Source: a virus | IMG/VR virus record: IMGVR_UViG_3300009093_000036 | Span: 1-64,000 of that record | Direction: 5' to 3' (one strand) | Length of the DNA: 64,000 nt | Part shown: piece by piece, positions 45,164 through 53,731 of the stretch | Numbering within the stretch: position 1 is the stretch's first letter | How the letters are laid out: every line of letters begins with the position of its first letter | Notes under the pieces: model-generated | Databases searched by the model: none | The model's input: the letters and a program-made list of their open reading frames with translations, nothing else | What the model was told of the DNA's origin: nothing | Made by a program: the position numbers and the translations under genes

Positions 45164-45588
45164 GCGGCCCTCCGGGGACGCCCAGAGGCCTTCATCTCGC
45201 GAGCTCTTTCCTTTGCCTGCCGGAGATGCTCGGCGTACGACGCGAGCTCCTCGTCGCTGGGCTTGGCCTCCAGCCACGCCTTCACCGCACCCTCGTCGAC
45301 GTCAGCCCCCGCCCAGTAGGCGACGCTGCTCGCGCTGGGCGGCTCCTTCGTGAAGCGCTCGACCTCCCAGTACCTGCGCCCGCGCACGAAGGCGTACGCG
45401 AGCCCCGTGTACCGAATCTGCGAGCGCAGATCGGAGCCATGGCCCCAACACATGAGCATGGTGCTGTGCTGCTGTGCCGTGCGCTCCGCGAACGGGATGC
45501 GCTTGAGCGAGAGGCGCTCCTGAGTGTTGGCGACCTTCGACTTCACGAGCTCACCGAGCTCGAACTTCAGAACCATCTTCTCTTTCAT
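45160..45588 (-). CDS. Hypothetical protein (MKEKMVLKF...)
   Basis: Shine-Dalgarno AGGAG, ATG at 45588, strong codon bias. Confidence 0.7.
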   Translation of the reverse strand: MKEKMVLKFELGELVKSKVANTQERLSLKRIPFAERTAQQHSTMLMCWGHGSDLRSQIRYTGLAYAFVRGRRYWEVERFTKEPPSASSVAYWAGADVDEGAVKAWLEAKPSDEELASYAEHLRQAKERAREMKASGRPRRAA

Positions 45589-45682
45589 CGTGAATCTCCT
45601 GCATCTGGTTGCTGTTCGGGTGAGGGAACAGCCCAGCAGGAGGGCCACGGGGAAGGTGGAGCTACGTCCAGGTCATGTGCGC

Positions 45683-45711
45683 ATCATCGCCATCGTCCAG
45701 CGCGACGTCAA
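45683..45711 (-). promoter_or_regulatory. Host sigma-70-like promoter candidate
   Basis: Minus strand TTGACG-N17-GATGAT, about 95 nt upstream of ATG 45588. Confidence 0.5.
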
Positions 45712-45728
45712 GCCCGACAACGTGCTCT

Positions 45729-45932
45729 TCACACGAACAGGTTCGACTTGATGATCCAGTCCTTGACCTCACGAGGAACCGGCTCAGCCAGGTTCTCCCC
45801 GGTTGCGATGCGGTGGACCGCCGCCCGCACCAAGACGTCGTAGCAGTCCTCGACCCCGACGCTGTCGAGCGCGGTGACGGTGACTCGTCGCTTGCCGACG
45901 AGATAGTTCATGACGGCTTTCTGACGAGCCAC
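45729..45932 (-). CDS. Small hypothetical protein
   Basis: Shine-Dalgarno GAGGTG; directly downstream of the tape-measure gene. Confidence 0.55.
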   Translation of the reverse strand: MARQKAVMNYLVGKRRVTVTALDSVGVEDCYDVLVRAAVHRIATGENLAEPVPREVKDWIIKSNLFV

Positions 45933-45940
45933 GGTTCACC

Positions 45941-48900
45941 TCATGCGGCAGGAGTTGCAGTCGGAGGCGTACCACCACCCGCAGGCGCCGGCAGGCGCTC
46001 GCTGAGTGTGGTGCTGATGGTACGGAGGGTCGCGAGGGATTCACGCCCGATCGGGTCACGAGCCTCGGCCTGAGACAGCGAGGCCGCCTGCTGTCGCTGC
46101 TGAGCTCCCTGGATTGCTTGCTGGATGTCTTCACGGCCCGTGAACTGACGGATCGCATCGCGATCGGCAGCGGCGAAGCCACCACGCGAATCGCGACGAG
46201 AGAGCGCTCCACGAAGAAGGTCTCGGGCTTGGGTCGCCTGCTCGGTGCTGAACCCGAGGCCTTCGGGATCGGAAAGCTGGTGCTCGAACTGCCCCATGAT
46301 GTCGAGACGTCGAGAACGGCTCATCCCACCGCCACCCGACAGCGCCTGCTCGAACATCCGCTGAGCTCGGGTGCCGCTGACGCTGCGCCCTCCGATCGAG
46401 AGCTCCATGCTCCCCATACCGAAGCCCGTCACCTGACCGAAGGCAGCATCAACGGCTCCACGGCCACGACGGCGCCCCTGTCCACTGAGCTCGCGCTCCG
46501 TCGAGCGCATCTGGCTGAGACCCGTGAAGAAGGCTCGGCCTGCTTCATCGATCTCACCAGTCTCCGAGCGCATCGCCCGAGACGAGTACTGCCGGAACTC
46601 GGAGTCGGACATCGCCATGAAGCGGCTCTGCATCTCGCTCTGAGCTCGCATCGCGGTGTCGGTGTCACCGGAGGCGAGGGCGGCACTGTAAGCACGCACA
46701 GCACGGCTTCCTGCGCCACGTCCACCACGGCGAGCGATGTCGGCGAGATCGGCCTGGTACTGCTGGAACTGAGCTCCGGCTGCACGCATCGAGGGATCGT
46801 TCTGGACGAACGAAGCGAACTCGGAGCCGAGAGCTCCACCGTTCGTCGCCATGCTCTGCTGCATCTGCATGAGCATCGAGCGAGCTGCGATACCTTCGCG
46901 GGACGCCGGGTCCATGCCGCCGATCGTGGCGCGAAGATGTGCCATCGCGGACTGACGTTCGGCATCGCTACCTGCACCGACCGCAGTACGAACTCGGCGC
47001 ATGAAGTCGGAGTTGCCCTGCAACGACTCGATGTCCTCACGGCTGACACCCGAAATCGCAGCCTGCGTCGCTCGCTGAGCCTCGGTCATGTGGACCTGGC
47101 CGCCGCCGAAGTACGCCGAGGTGCTGAGGCGATCGAGGCGCTCTCGAACGTGGCCGCCGCGAGCGATGAACGAGGTCGCATCAGCACCCGGCTGACGCAG
47201 CGCTTCCATGACTTCGGAACGCATCCCACCGATGCCGAAGGCCATGCCGCCGATGCCCGCCGCAAGACCAACTGCGGCTCCGAGCGGACCGCCGACTGCG
47301 GCGCCCATCATGGTGGCACCTCCGAGAGTCGCGAGGTCTCGTCCGATGCCGCCCATCGTGAGGCGGCCTCCACCACGACCCAGAAGCTGCCCCTCTCCAG
47401 GAGCAGTCGCCGCGTTCGTGATGCCATGCTGGCGCATGAAAGCCGACGTCGCGTTTCCGTTTCCGCCCATGAAGCGGTAGACGTCGTCTGCATTGCCGCT
47501 ACCTGCGGCGGCGAGCTGCGCTTCGAGGATCCGACTGGTTGTTCCCTCCGCGTCACCACGAAGGCCACGTAGAGCACGGATGTCCGCCCCTTGCGTGAGG
47601 ACACCAGCATCAGCAGCACGAGCAATCTGGAGAGCACGAGACGCCCCAGAGAACGTGTTGATCCCCTCGGTCGACATGCCGCGAGCGCGCAGACGAGAGC
47701 CCACGGAAGGTCCCACCTCGAACATGCCCTGCTGGTCGATGTTGAAGGCAGCCTGCGGAGCCGAGAAGCCACCACGCCCGAAGCCCATCGACTCGAAGTC
47801 CTGGCGGGTTGCGCGGCTCTGTCGAAGGTGCCGCATCGCGGTCTGACCTTCCGTAGACATCGAGTCGGAACTGATGCCGAGGACGTCGTTCATGACGCGC
47901 TCCGCCAAGCTCGACACCCTCGTCACGAACGAACGACCTGCATCACGAGCCGCGTTCATGCCCGTCGCATCCTGAACATGATGTTCCAGGTTCCGCATGA
48001 AGGCGTCGACCGAACGACGTTCCGTGATGTCGGAGCGCAGAGCTCCTTCGCGACGAGAGCCCACGGAGTCCGCAGCCTCACGGCTCGCGATCTCTCCCTG
48101 GTTGCGCATCATCGACATCATCACTTCGGACTGCGGGCGGCTCATGTGGAAGCGGCGCTGCAAGACCAGGGAGCCCAGGTCATCTCCCTGGTCCATGGCG
48201 CGTTCGCCCAACATCATCCTCATCATGCCGAGCTGGCCGGCGATGCCACCCTCCTCCATGAGAGAACCGCGGAGAAGACCTTCTCGGTTGATCGCCCGAG
48301 CTCGGCCCATGCCTCCGACAGCAGTGTGAGCTCGCCGGCTCAGATCACCAACGCTCATGCTGCCGGTCGTGAAGTCCATCATGGCGCCAGCATCGAGCCC
48401 GGTGCCTTCACGATTCGACAACCCGAAGATGCTGTAGCGACCTGCGGCGGTGCGGCTGAAGCGGCCCGTCTGCGCCATCATGTCGGTAACGAATGCCTGC
48501 ATTGCGTCGGTGCCCGTACGACCGCCGGTGGCTTCCGAGAGCAGGCCCTCGTTGATCATACCGCCCTGCATCATCGTGGAGACCTGCGAGATGCCTCGCA
48601 GAGCTCCTTGAGCTCCTTGCTGGCCGCGACCACCGAACGATCGAGCGATCTGAGCTCCGTTCGACGCGAGCTGGAGGAGCTGCCCCTGATCCATGCCGGT
48701 CGAGGCGGAGGTCTGCCGGATCGTTGCGGCGAACCGAGTCGCCTGCGTCGAGCCGAAGACTCCGGCCTGGCGGCTCTGGTTCACGAACTCCTGGGCCTCC
48801 TGAAGCGATCCGCCGAGCTCGCGCTGAACGGTGCGCAGGGTCGTGATCATCTCGCGGAAGCGGGTGCGGAAGCCCTCGACATCACGGATGCCCGTGAAGG

Positions 48901-49624
48901 TCCCCATCTCGGCTCCGCCGGCGATGAGCTGGTTGAGCTCCCCCATCGACGTGAACGGGTTCTGGCGGGCCGTCTGAGCGACGGTACTGCCGATCTGACC
49001 CATCTGCTGCTGGTTGAACCCGCGACCGAAGGCGCCCTGGCCTCCCATGAAGTTGAAGTTCTGCCGCAAGTTGGAGTTCAGGGCCATCTGGTCCTGCATG
49101 CCTCCGTAGAAGTTGCGACCCAGAGCTCCGGCGTACTGAGCTCCGGCGTACATCGGAAGAGCAACTGCACCAGCAGCAAGACCGCCGGCGGCGAGCCCAC
49201 CCATGCCTCCGCCGGCCATCCCGAAGGCGCCCATGCCGGCACGCATCGCGAGACCCATCGGGTCCGCCATCGCACCGAGAGCTCCGAGCGGACCACCGAC
49301 AAGACCGAGGCTGCCCGCCATGCCCAGGCCGGCCATCCCGACCCCGGCCATGCTCATCCCCATGTGCCCGGCGTTCGCAAGACGACCCGCCATCACCTCG
49401 CCGTACGCACCTGCCGTCGGTCCGCCGGCGTAGCCGCCATAGCCCCGCATCACACCCATCGCAGAGGGTGGAGGCGGAGGGGGCATCTGCGGCATCATCT
49501 GCGGCGGAGGCCCGCTCATCATGCCGGCTCCGTAGGATGCCTGCTGGGCGTAAGCCTGCATGCCCTGGAACATGGAGTTCTGGGCCATCACCGACTGCGA
49601 GATCCAGGAGGACGAGAACACCAT
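45941..49624 (-). CDS. Tape-measure-like protein
   Basis: 1227 aa, helical A/G/Q/M/R-rich, with Gly/Ala-rich membrane-like stretches; upstream of the tube-like and hub genes. Confidence 0.7.
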   Translation of the reverse strand: MVFSSSWISQSVMAQNSMFQGMQAYAQQASYGAGMMSGPPPQMMPQMPPPPPPSAMGVMRGYGGYAGGPTAGAYGEVMAGRLANAGHMGMSMAGVGMAGLGMAGSLGLVGGPLGALGAMADPMGLAMRAGMGAFGMAGGGMGGLAAGGLAAGAVALPMYAGAQYAGALGRNFYGGMQDQMALNSNLRQNFNFMGGQGAFGRGFNQQQMGQIGSTVAQTARQNPFTSMGELNQLIAGGAEMGTFTGIRDVEGFRTRFREMITTLRTVQRELGGSLQEAQEFVNQSRQAGVFGSTQATRFAATIRQTSASTGMDQGQLLQLASNGAQIARSFGGRGQQGAQGALRGISQVSTMMQGGMINEGLLSEATGGRTGTDAMQAFVTDMMAQTGRFSRTAAGRYSIFGLSNREGTGLDAGAMMDFTTGSMSVGDLSRRAHTAVGGMGRARAINREGLLRGSLMEEGGIAGQLGMMRMMLGERAMDQGDDLGSLVLQRRFHMSRPQSEVMMSMMRNQGEIASREAADSVGSRREGALRSDITERRSVDAFMRNLEHHVQDATGMNAARDAGRSFVTRVSSLAERVMNDVLGISSDSMSTEGQTAMRHLRQSRATRQDFESMGFGRGGFSAPQAAFNIDQQGMFEVGPSVGSRLRARGMSTEGINTFSGASRALQIARAADAGVLTQGADIRALRGLRGDAEGTTSRILEAQLAAAGSGNADDVYRFMGGNGNATSAFMRQHGITNAATAPGEGQLLGRGGGRLTMGGIGRDLATLGGATMMGAAVGGPLGAAVGLAAGIGGMAFGIGGMRSEVMEALRQPGADATSFIARGGHVRERLDRLSTSAYFGGGQVHMTEAQRATQAAISGVSREDIESLQGNSDFMRRVRTAVGAGSDAERQSAMAHLRATIGGMDPASREGIAARSMLMQMQQSMATNGGALGSEFASFVQNDPSMRAAGAQFQQYQADLADIARRGGRGAGSRAVRAYSAALASGDTDTAMRAQSEMQSRFMAMSDSEFRQYSSRAMRSETGEIDEAGRAFFTGLSQMRSTERELSGQGRRRGRGAVDAAFGQVTGFGMGSMELSIGGRSVSGTRAQRMFEQALSGGGGMSRSRRLDIMGQFEHQLSDPEGLGFSTEQATQARDLLRGALSRRDSRGGFAAADRDAIRQFTGREDIQQAIQGAQQRQQAASLSQAEARDPIGRESLATLRTISTTLSERLPAPAGGGTPPTATPAA

Positions 49625-49647
49625 CGAGCCGGAGTCTAGCGCATCCT

Positions 49648-49655
49648 CCTATCAG
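49648..49655. promoter_or_regulatory. CCTATCAG element in a divergent gap
   Basis: Exact 8-mer between the tape-measure start (49624, -) and 49695 (+). Confidence 0.6.
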
Positions 49656-49694
49656 AAGCGTGGGGATGCAGATGCCCCTATCCAAGGAGATCCT

Positions 49695-50015
49695 GTGACC
49701 GACGAAAAGACGCCCCCTGCCCCGACGACCGATCCGACGAAGTCGGTGACGCCGACGTCCATCATGACCGCCGGACCTCTGAACCTCATCATCGTCCGAC
49801 GCGATACCACGGACTCGAAGCCCGAGTTCTTCATCAGCATCAAGCGCATCCCGACGGCCCCGGGCGACGACCCTGGCCTGATTCCGTTGATCGAGGTGCC
49901 TGCCCTTCAGCGCATGCTGGAGGAGGCCTTCACCCCCGCACTCGGCCTCCGCTCTCTTCTTCCCCAGCCCACGCCTCCCGTCCAGCAGAAGACGAAAAAG
50001 CGAGGACGCAAGTGA
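49695..50015 (+). CDS. Hypothetical protein (MTDEKTPPAP...)
   Basis: Shine-Dalgarno AAGGAG, GTG at 49695; GTGA-coupled to the kinase. Confidence 0.6.
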   Translation: MTDEKTPPAPTTDPTKSVTPTSIMTAGPLNLIIVRRDTTDSKPEFFISIKRIPTAPGDDPGLIPLIEVPALQRMLEEAFTPALGLRSLLPQPTPPVQQKTKKRGRK

Positions 50016-50680
50016 AGACCATCATCGCGATGTGCGGGCTCGCGGGCAGTGGCAAGGACACCGCCTGCGACTACCTCGTCAAGAACTACGGCTTCATGAA
50101 GACGTCGTTCGCAGCCCCGATGAAGGAGATGGTGAAGATCGCCTTCGGCTTCACGGACGAGCAGCTCTACGGGTCGAGCTCGAAGCGCGAAGAGGAGGAC
50201 AAGCGCTACCCGTTCAGTGGCATTTGCACGCACTGCGGGCAGTCCTGCAACGACTGGAGCGATGTCCTGCCCGAGGAGCGTGACATCCCGGAGGGGTTCC
50301 GCTGGAGCTGCGTGAACTGCGAGATCAACTTCAAGGAGTTCGTCACGCCCCGCCTCGCTCTTCAGACCCTCGGCACGGAGTGGGGTCGTCGTCTGAACGA
50401 CGGTCTCTGGGCGAAGGCGACCCTCAACCTCATCATGAGCTCGACCCACGACAAGTGGTGCATCAGCGACCTGCGCTTCCGCAACGAGCTCGACACCATC
50501 CTCGATGCTGGAGGCAGGGTCATCCGCCTCACTCGCGGGAAGCCCAAGCACAACCATGCGAGCGAGACCGACCTCCTTCGGATCCCGCTCAGCCACTTCA
50601 GCACCGTCATCGAGAACGAAGGCACCGTCGCCGAGCTCGAACGAGAGCTGGATCAGATCTACAGGAACTCGATCCGATGA
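50012..50680 (+). CDS. Deoxynucleoside monophosphate kinase (T4 gp1-like) with zinc-ribbon insertion
   Basis: CGLAGSGKDT, SFAAPMK, TPRLALQTLGTEWGR, ISDLRFRNE, HASE; inserted CTHC...CVNC. Confidence 0.85.
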   Translation: MKTIIAMCGLAGSGKDTACDYLVKNYGFMKTSFAAPMKEMVKIAFGFTDEQLYGSSSKREEEDKRYPFSGICTHCGQSCNDWSDVLPEERDIPEGFRWSCVNCEINFKEFVTPRLALQTLGTEWGRRLNDGLWAKATLNLIMSSTHDKWCISDLRFRNELDTILDAGGRVIRLTRGKPKHNHASETDLLRIPLSHFSTVIENEGTVAELERELDQIYRNSIR

Positions 50681-50716
50681 GCGACACGAAGGTCCTCAGC
50701 TTCACGACCCCCGAAG

Positions 50717-51082
50717 GTGAGGTTGGTGCTCATCGAGAGCCCACTCGCTGCGAGCGCGACGCACACCATGGAGCAGCACAAGGAGTACGCGAAGGCGTGC
50801 ATGCGCGACAGCATCTGGCGAGGGGAAGCTCCGTACGCTTCGCACCTCCTCTACGCGCAGCCTGGCATCCTCGACGACCTCATCCCGGCGGAGAGGGAGT
50901 ACGGGATCGAGGCCGGCCTGGCGTGGGGTGACAGGGCGGACCTGACCGCGGTCTACACGGACCTCGGCATCTCCGGAGGCATGCAGCGTGGTATCGAGCG
51001 CGCCCAGAAGGCTGGCAGGCCCATCGAGATGCGTCAGGTGGACCCGTCGCACCTCCGCGTTCACTGGAAGTTCCACTTCTAA
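50717..51082 (+). CDS. DUF7768/DUF4406-like (nucleoside-deoxyribosyltransferase-fold) protein
   Basis: VLIESP, RGEAPYASHLLY.Q, D...P.ERE.GIEAGLAW, AVYTDLGIS.GM..GI..A...G.PIE.R. Confidence 0.6.
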   Translation: MRLVLIESPLAASATHTMEQHKEYAKACMRDSIWRGEAPYASHLLYAQPGILDDLIPAEREYGIEAGLAWGDRADLTAVYTDLGISGGMQRGIERAQKAGRPIEMRQVDPSHLRVHWKFHF

Positions 51083-51140
51083 CAGGCGTTCTTTTTCGCC
51101 TATAAGTAAGGTGAAGGGACTTCCTCTTCACCAGGAGAAC

Positions 51141-52031
51141 ATGAACATGACCAACAAGAAGATCTACGCGAAGGGCGACTACCTGGAGCTCAGCCGCGAC
51201 GAGATGTACGGCGCGCTGCGGGACATCGACCCGACGCGTGCGAAGGGGAAGTCGCGCGCCAAGAAGGAAGAGCTCGTCGACCTCTACAGCGCGGCGCTCC
51301 AGGAGCACGCGAAGGTCCACTTCCAGACCGAAGAGGACCGAACCAAGGGCTCGGACTTCGAGGAGAGTGCCGAGCTCGTGCAGGACCCGACCCCCATCGT
51401 CGAGATGGATACGATCCTGAAGAAGGGCGACCACCAGGTCGTCGTGGTGGGAGACGGCTCTCACGGCGAATCTCTTCGTCAGGCAGCACTCGACCGTGGC
51501 CACTCCGTGGTGATGGTGCCCGAGGATCACGGACATCACGTCCACGGCCCCAACTGCGTCCATCTCCATGGCAGTGCGCTCCCCCTGCTCGCCGGAACCG
51601 AGGAGTTCGAGCGCGTCAACCCGGAGATGCCGGGACTCATCGGTGATGGAGGCATCCTCCACGTCCCATCGGAAGAGGACCGTCTCTTCACCTTCAAGAA
51701 CGGCGATCGCGAGCTCACCGAGAAGGAGAAGTTCATCATCGACCGCCTCTCCAAGAACTTCGACGCGTTCTGTGCGAACCCCGCGAACAACGAGGCGAAG
51801 CGTGATGTCCTGGCCGACATCTACTCGCTGAAGGTCAGCGGCATCATCGCCAACCCGAAGTTCGCCGAGACCCTGAAGAAGGGGCGTACCGACGTACGCG
51901 ACTTCCGGCGCCAACAGAAGATGGGCATCACGGGCGACCTGCTGAAGCAGGCGATGGCCGACGTGAAGCGCGACCAGGCCGCGACACAGCTCGAAGGAGC
52001 GGTGTCCGCCGAGCAGCAGGCGGGGGCCTGA
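51141..52031 (+). CDS. Hypothetical protein
   Basis: Shine-Dalgarno AGGAG, ATG at 51141; upstream CCTATAAG motif. Confidence 0.7.
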   Translation: MNMTNKKIYAKGDYLELSRDEMYGALRDIDPTRAKGKSRAKKEELVDLYSAALQEHAKVHFQTEEDRTKGSDFEESAELVQDPTPIVEMDTILKKGDHQVVVVGDGSHGESLRQAALDRGHSVVMVPEDHGHHVHGPNCVHLHGSALPLLAGTEEFERVNPEMPGLIGDGGILHVPSEEDRLFTFKNGDRELTEKEKFIIDRLSKNFDAFCANPANNEAKRDVLADIYSLKVSGIIANPKFAETLKKGRTDVRDFRRQQKMGITGDLLKQAMADVKRDQAATQLEGAVSAEQQAGA

Positions 52032-52032
52032 C

Positions 52033-52248
52033 ATGGGCAACGGCCGAACCTGTGATAGCTGCGGCTGCTCGCGCCACGAGTGCGAGTGCTGCAACGGCTG
52101 TCATCGCCTTCGCTGCATCTGCGAGGAGCGGCCGGGAGATGTCAGGACTGCTGCGGACCTCACCCGTCTCGGGACGGAGCAGGAGCTGCTGCAAGACCTG
52201 ACGTCCAGAGGGTCTCTGAGCATCGACGACGACATCGCGATGTTCTGA
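52033..52248 (+). CDS. Small Cys-rich protein
   Basis: CDSCGCSRHECECCNGCHRLRCIC. Confidence 0.55.
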   Translation: MGNGRTCDSCGCSRHECECCNGCHRLRCICEERPGDVRTAADLTRLGTEQELLQDLTSRGSLSIDDDIAMF

Positions 52249-52256
52249 CGAGGGAG

Positions 52257-52289
52257 GGAGGCGTGCCACATGGCACGCCTTCTTCTTTT
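52257..52289 (+). terminator. Rho-independent terminator
   Basis: GGAGGCGTGCC-acat-GGCACGCCTTC stem followed by TTCTTTT. Confidence 0.8.
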
Positions 52290-52310
52290 GCCACTATTGG
52301 GCTGCTTTTA

Positions 52311-52327
52311 CCTATCAGAGAGATAGG
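52311..52327 (+). promoter_or_regulatory. CCTATCAG element within the inverted repeat CCTATC-N5-GATAGG
   Basis: Lies after the 52257 terminator and upstream of 52340. Confidence 0.6.
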
Positions 52328-52339
52328 AGGAGCCCCAAC

Positions 52340-52810
52340 ATGAACACGAACAAGCGTCTCGACCCCAGCGGCACCAACCCCGTCAACAGCATCCCCGATC
52401 CCCTCAAGAATGACATCCTCTGGGACAAGTTCCTCTTGTCCGTGGGCACCGAAGCTCGTCGTATGTACGAGGAGAAGGGCATCACGTCCTTGCAGTTGGC
52501 GGGAAGCATCAGGCAGATCGCCCTCAGCACGGGGAAGCACGCCCCCTTCGTCTACGACCATCAGGGGGCCGTGGTCTTCACTGCCTTCGCGTACCACCTC
52601 CACATGCACGAGATTCTCATCCGGGAGTTCGCGACGGCAGCAGTTGCGTTGCACCATCCCCGCAAAGAGATCTTCGTGCTCGTGCTCTACAGCAAGTTCG
52701 GGCTTACTCCGGCCGATCTCGATCCGCACTTCTCCATGGTGGAGGGGTGGTTCAACGATTGGCTGGGTACGTTCGGACCGGACATCCTGCGTCCGGAGAA
52801 AGAAGAGTGA
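52340..52810 (+). CDS. Hypothetical protein
   Basis: Shine-Dalgarno AGGAGG; follows the terminator and the CCTATCAG element. Confidence 0.7.
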   Translation: MNTNKRLDPSGTNPVNSIPDPLKNDILWDKFLLSVGTEARRMYEEKGITSLQLAGSIRQIALSTGKHAPFVYDHQGAVVFTAFAYHLHMHEILIREFATAAVALHHPRKEIFVLVLYSKFGLTPADLDPHFSMVEGWFNDWLGTFGPDILRPEKEE

Positions 52811-52811
52811 G

Positions 52812-53210
52812 ATGATCAAGAGCATCGGGGAAGAAGAGCTGTCCGAGCACGACGACGCGAACATCACCTGCAACGTCTTCATCACGAAGATCAGCGAGAA
52901 TGATCACGAGGAGCTCGACGAAGATTGGGACGAAGAGGAGGGGGAGCCGCCCAGCAAGTGGGCGAAGTTCCAGCTCACGGCGGACGTCTTCATGCCTCGC
53001 AAGGGCCTGCACGACGGCGCCTACAAGTACATCGCAAGCACGCGGGCGGAGCTCCAGGAGCTCGTTCGCGAGAAGATCCTTCCCAGCTACGAGATCGGCC
53101 TCCAGGCCGTGAAGGACCTCGCGGACGGGAAGCGCACGGGCTTCTACTACTGGACCCCGACGACGCCGGAGGACCATCCGGACATCGCGGATGCGGAGGA
53201 TTCGGACTGA
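52812..53210 (+). CDS. Acidic hypothetical protein (MIKSIGEEEL...)
   Basis: ATG at 52812 right after the upstream stop; followed by a terminator. Confidence 0.65.
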   Translation: MIKSIGEEELSEHDDANITCNVFITKISENDHEELDEDWDEEEGEPPSKWAKFQLTADVFMPRKGLHDGAYKYIASTRAELQELVREKILPSYEIGLQAVKDLADGKRTGFYYWTPTTPEDHPDIADAEDSD

Positions 53211-53214
53211 GCGC

Positions 53215-53250
53215 GAAGAGGGACTGGCTGATGCCGGTCCCTCTTCTTTT
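53215..53250 (+). terminator. Rho-independent terminator between convergent blocks
   Basis: GAAGAGGGACTGGC-tgat-GCCGGTCCCTCTTC stem followed by TTTT. Confidence 0.85.
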
Positions 53251-53255
53251 GCTGC

Positions 53256-53519
53256 TCAGCCTCGCGTCGAGCTCTTCTTCTCGCGCTTCTTCGAGATCTC
53301 CGCGATCGCCTTCGAGACCTGCTGCTCACACGGGTCACAGAGGTTCGTGTACGCCACGACCACCTTCCCGTTGCTGCTGATCTGATACCGCGGCGGAGCG
53401 TCCGCCTTCGGCGGCGCGTACTTGTTGTTCTTGATGTCCTCGGCGGTCACCGGGATCTCCTTCACCGCCGGGCACCGCTCGCACTGTCGCTTCATCACCA
53501 TCACGTCGCTCATGATCAA
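53256..53519 (-). CDS. Small zinc-binding protein
   Basis: CERC...CDPC. Confidence 0.65.
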   Translation of the reverse strand: MIMSDVMVMKRQCERCPAVKEIPVTAEDIKNNKYAPPKADAPPRYQISSNGKVVVAYTNLCDPCEQQVSKAIAEISKKREKKSSTRG

Positions 53520-53731
53520 CCTTTCGTCTTCGCGTAGATGAGAAAGGCCTTCAGGATGCCGCGCTCGGGGGTCATCAGGCGGTCGTTCCCGCTGAGGCCC
53601 TGCTCACGCTGCTTCTGCTGAAGGTACTTCTCGAACTCCGAGATCTCACCGTCCATCAGCCGATCGATGTTGGCTCGATCGAGCTCGGGGGGATCAACTC
53701 GGACGACCACCTTGAGGGCGGGACTTCCCAC
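53516..53731 (-). CDS. Small hypothetical protein
   Basis: GTG at 53731 after AAGGA. Confidence 0.55.
   Translation of the reverse strand: MGSPALKVVVRVDPPELDRANIDRLMDGEISEFEKYLQQKQREQGLSGNDRLMTPERGILKAFLIYAKTKG

Noticed and set aside
3032-49639. Very long antisense or alternate-frame ORFs (e.g. 3032..4561 -, 16401..18608 +, 19560..22658 +, 47591..49639 +)
   Set aside because: These are shadow ORFs expected from strong G/C third-position bias. They mirror real genes and have no motifs or start signals.
49625-49654. Mini-ORF ATG CGC TAG upstream of the tape-measure gene as an amber read-through leader
   Set aside because: Its frame is offset by 20 nt from the tape-measure ATG, so suppression would not fuse them.
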